Shown here: positions 25,079 through 26,347 of the stretch, piece after piece
Position numbering within the stretch: the stretch's first letter is position 1
Layout: each line of letters opens with the position of its first letter
DNA from: a virus
Lineage: Duplodnaviria; Caudoviricetes
IMG/VR virus record: IMGVR_UViG_3300017705_000869
Coordinates: 1 to 26,347 of that record
Strand: one strand, 5' to 3'
DNA: 26,347 bases
Notes under the pieces: generated by a model
Seen by the model: only the letters and a program-made list of their open reading frames with translations
What the model was told of the DNA's origin: nothing
Databases searched by the model: none
Translations under genes and position numbers: made by a program

Positions 25079-26347
25079 ATGAAAGAATACGAATCAGGAC
25101 GACAACTTAACGAAAAGATAATGAATGGAGCTAACAAGCTTGCTGATGCTGTTGGCGCAACTCTAGGGCCACGTGGTCGCAATGTTATTCTAAAAGAAAA
25201 GAACAAACGCCCTCTTATTACAAAAGACGGTGTAACAGTGGCTCGGTTTGTGGACTTTGAAGATCCATTTGAAAATCTAGGAGCGCAAGTGATTAAGCAA
25301 GCAAGTGAAGCTACGAACTCTGGTGCTGGTGATGGAACTACGACGGCTACCGTTCTTGCGCGGTCGATCCTTGCAAAGGCACAACCTTATCTTGCAACAG
25401 GTGCGAACCCTGTTGAGATTAAAAAGGGAATTGATAAAGCAGCAACAGAGATAATTGAAGAACTAAAGAAGTTAGCTCGCGAAGTATCAACAAAAGAAGA
25501 AATAGAACAAGTTGCCACAATTTCTGCAAACGGAGATAAAGGTATTGGTAAGCTTATTGCTTCTGCTGTTGATCAAGTTGGAAAGGGCGGCGCAATCACA
25601 ATTCAACCTGCACAATCAAATGAGACCTCATTAGAACTAACTGAAGGTTTTCAATTTGATTCCGGTTATCTAGCCAATGCTTTTGTTACAGACGAACGTC
25701 GAGGAATTATGAAGTATGACGATTGTTTGGTTTTGGTAACAGATAAGAATATTACAACCATTGAAGATATCTTGCCAGCATTAGAGATCGCAGCAAGAGA
25801 TGGTCGTTCATTTATTATCATTGCAGAAGATATTTCAGGTCAAGCTTTAGCGGCTTTGATTATGAATAAAATGAAGGGGACGATGAAAGTTGCCGGAATT
25901 AAAGCACCTCGTTATGGAGAAGAGCGCAGAAATATTTTATCGGATCTCGCAATTTCTATTGGTGCAACATTCATTTCAAGGGAAAGCGGCATTCAACTTC
26001 GCTCAGTCAAGTTAGAACACTTTGGAACAGCACAAACAATTGAATCAGGAAAAAGAAATACAACAATTGTTGGCGGCAATCAAAATGATGATGAGGTTGA
26101 AAAAAGAATTGAAACTCTAAAGCTAGAGATTGAAAGAGAAAAAAGCTTATCTATTTGCGAAAAGATACAAGAGCGTATCACACGATTGGCAAGTGCTATT
26201 GCAATTATCAAGGTTGGTGCATCAACTGAAATTGAAATGATTGAAAAGATGCACCGTGTTCAAGATGAATAAGAAGTTGTACACTCTGCACAACAAGAAT
26301 GAATTATGCCAGGTGGCTCATCTGCATCCTTGTGGGAAGAAAATAGG
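25079..26347 (+). CDS. groEL: Chaperonin GroEL; frame interrupted by TAA 26270-26272 and TGA 26300-26302 near the window end, 3'-incomplete
   Basis: TLGPRGRNV, ITKDGVTVA, GDGTTTATV, ATISANGD and KAPRYG. GroEL-like residues continue past the stops: DE*EVVHSAQQE*IMPGG (cf. DALxAxRAAxEEGIVPGG). Confidence 0.9.

Noticed and set aside
26270-26302. Stop-codon reassignment in groEL
   Set aside because: The interruptions are both TAA and TGA amid other substitutions; TAA, TAG and TGA all end genes normally elsewhere and coding density is high under the standard code.
1-26347. Bacterial chromosome origin, given dnaE, recA, purA, groEL and clpP
   Set aside because: gp32-like SSB, phage Dam, Mom, a divergent tubulin, unlinked groES/groEL and many orphan ORFs point to a large phage; no capsid or terminase gene is in the window, so this remains an inference.

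Overview
This window is an AT-rich, gene-dense segment with every credible gene on the + strand and many ATGA/TAATG stop-start overlaps. It is most consistent with the replication and nucleotide-metabolism region of a large tailed dsDNA phage (uncultured, jumbo/T4-superfamily-like). Replication genes: the 3' end of a family A DNA polymerase missed by the ORF track, gp32-like SSB, RecA/UvsX, 5'-3' exonuclease, DnaB-like helicase and a full DnaE (Pol III alpha). Nucleotide genes: MazG-like NTP pyrophosphatase, dCMP-type deaminase, class II RNR, short PurA, dUTPase and an IMPDH/GMP-reductase. Other genes: divergent tubulin/FtsZ-like protein, two ClpP paralogues, GroES-like and GroEL (stops at the window edge), phage Dam, Mom-like DNA modifier, amidase, standalone RyR-domain protein, standalone sigma-70 region-4 protein and acidic head-protein-like ORFs. 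Five sigma70-type promoters and one intrinsic terminator are readable. Best candidates for something new: (i) a PD-(D/E)XK-like nuclease coupled to a Mom-family modifier; (ii) a possible G/C-to-A/T nucleotide conversion kit (GMPR-like + PurA; deaminase + dUTPase); (iii) a degenerate flavoprotein-fold plus nucleotidyltransferase-fold gene pair; (iv) PolA and DnaE together, with dnaE apparently leaderless. All product calls are from motif recognition by eye; no searches were run.
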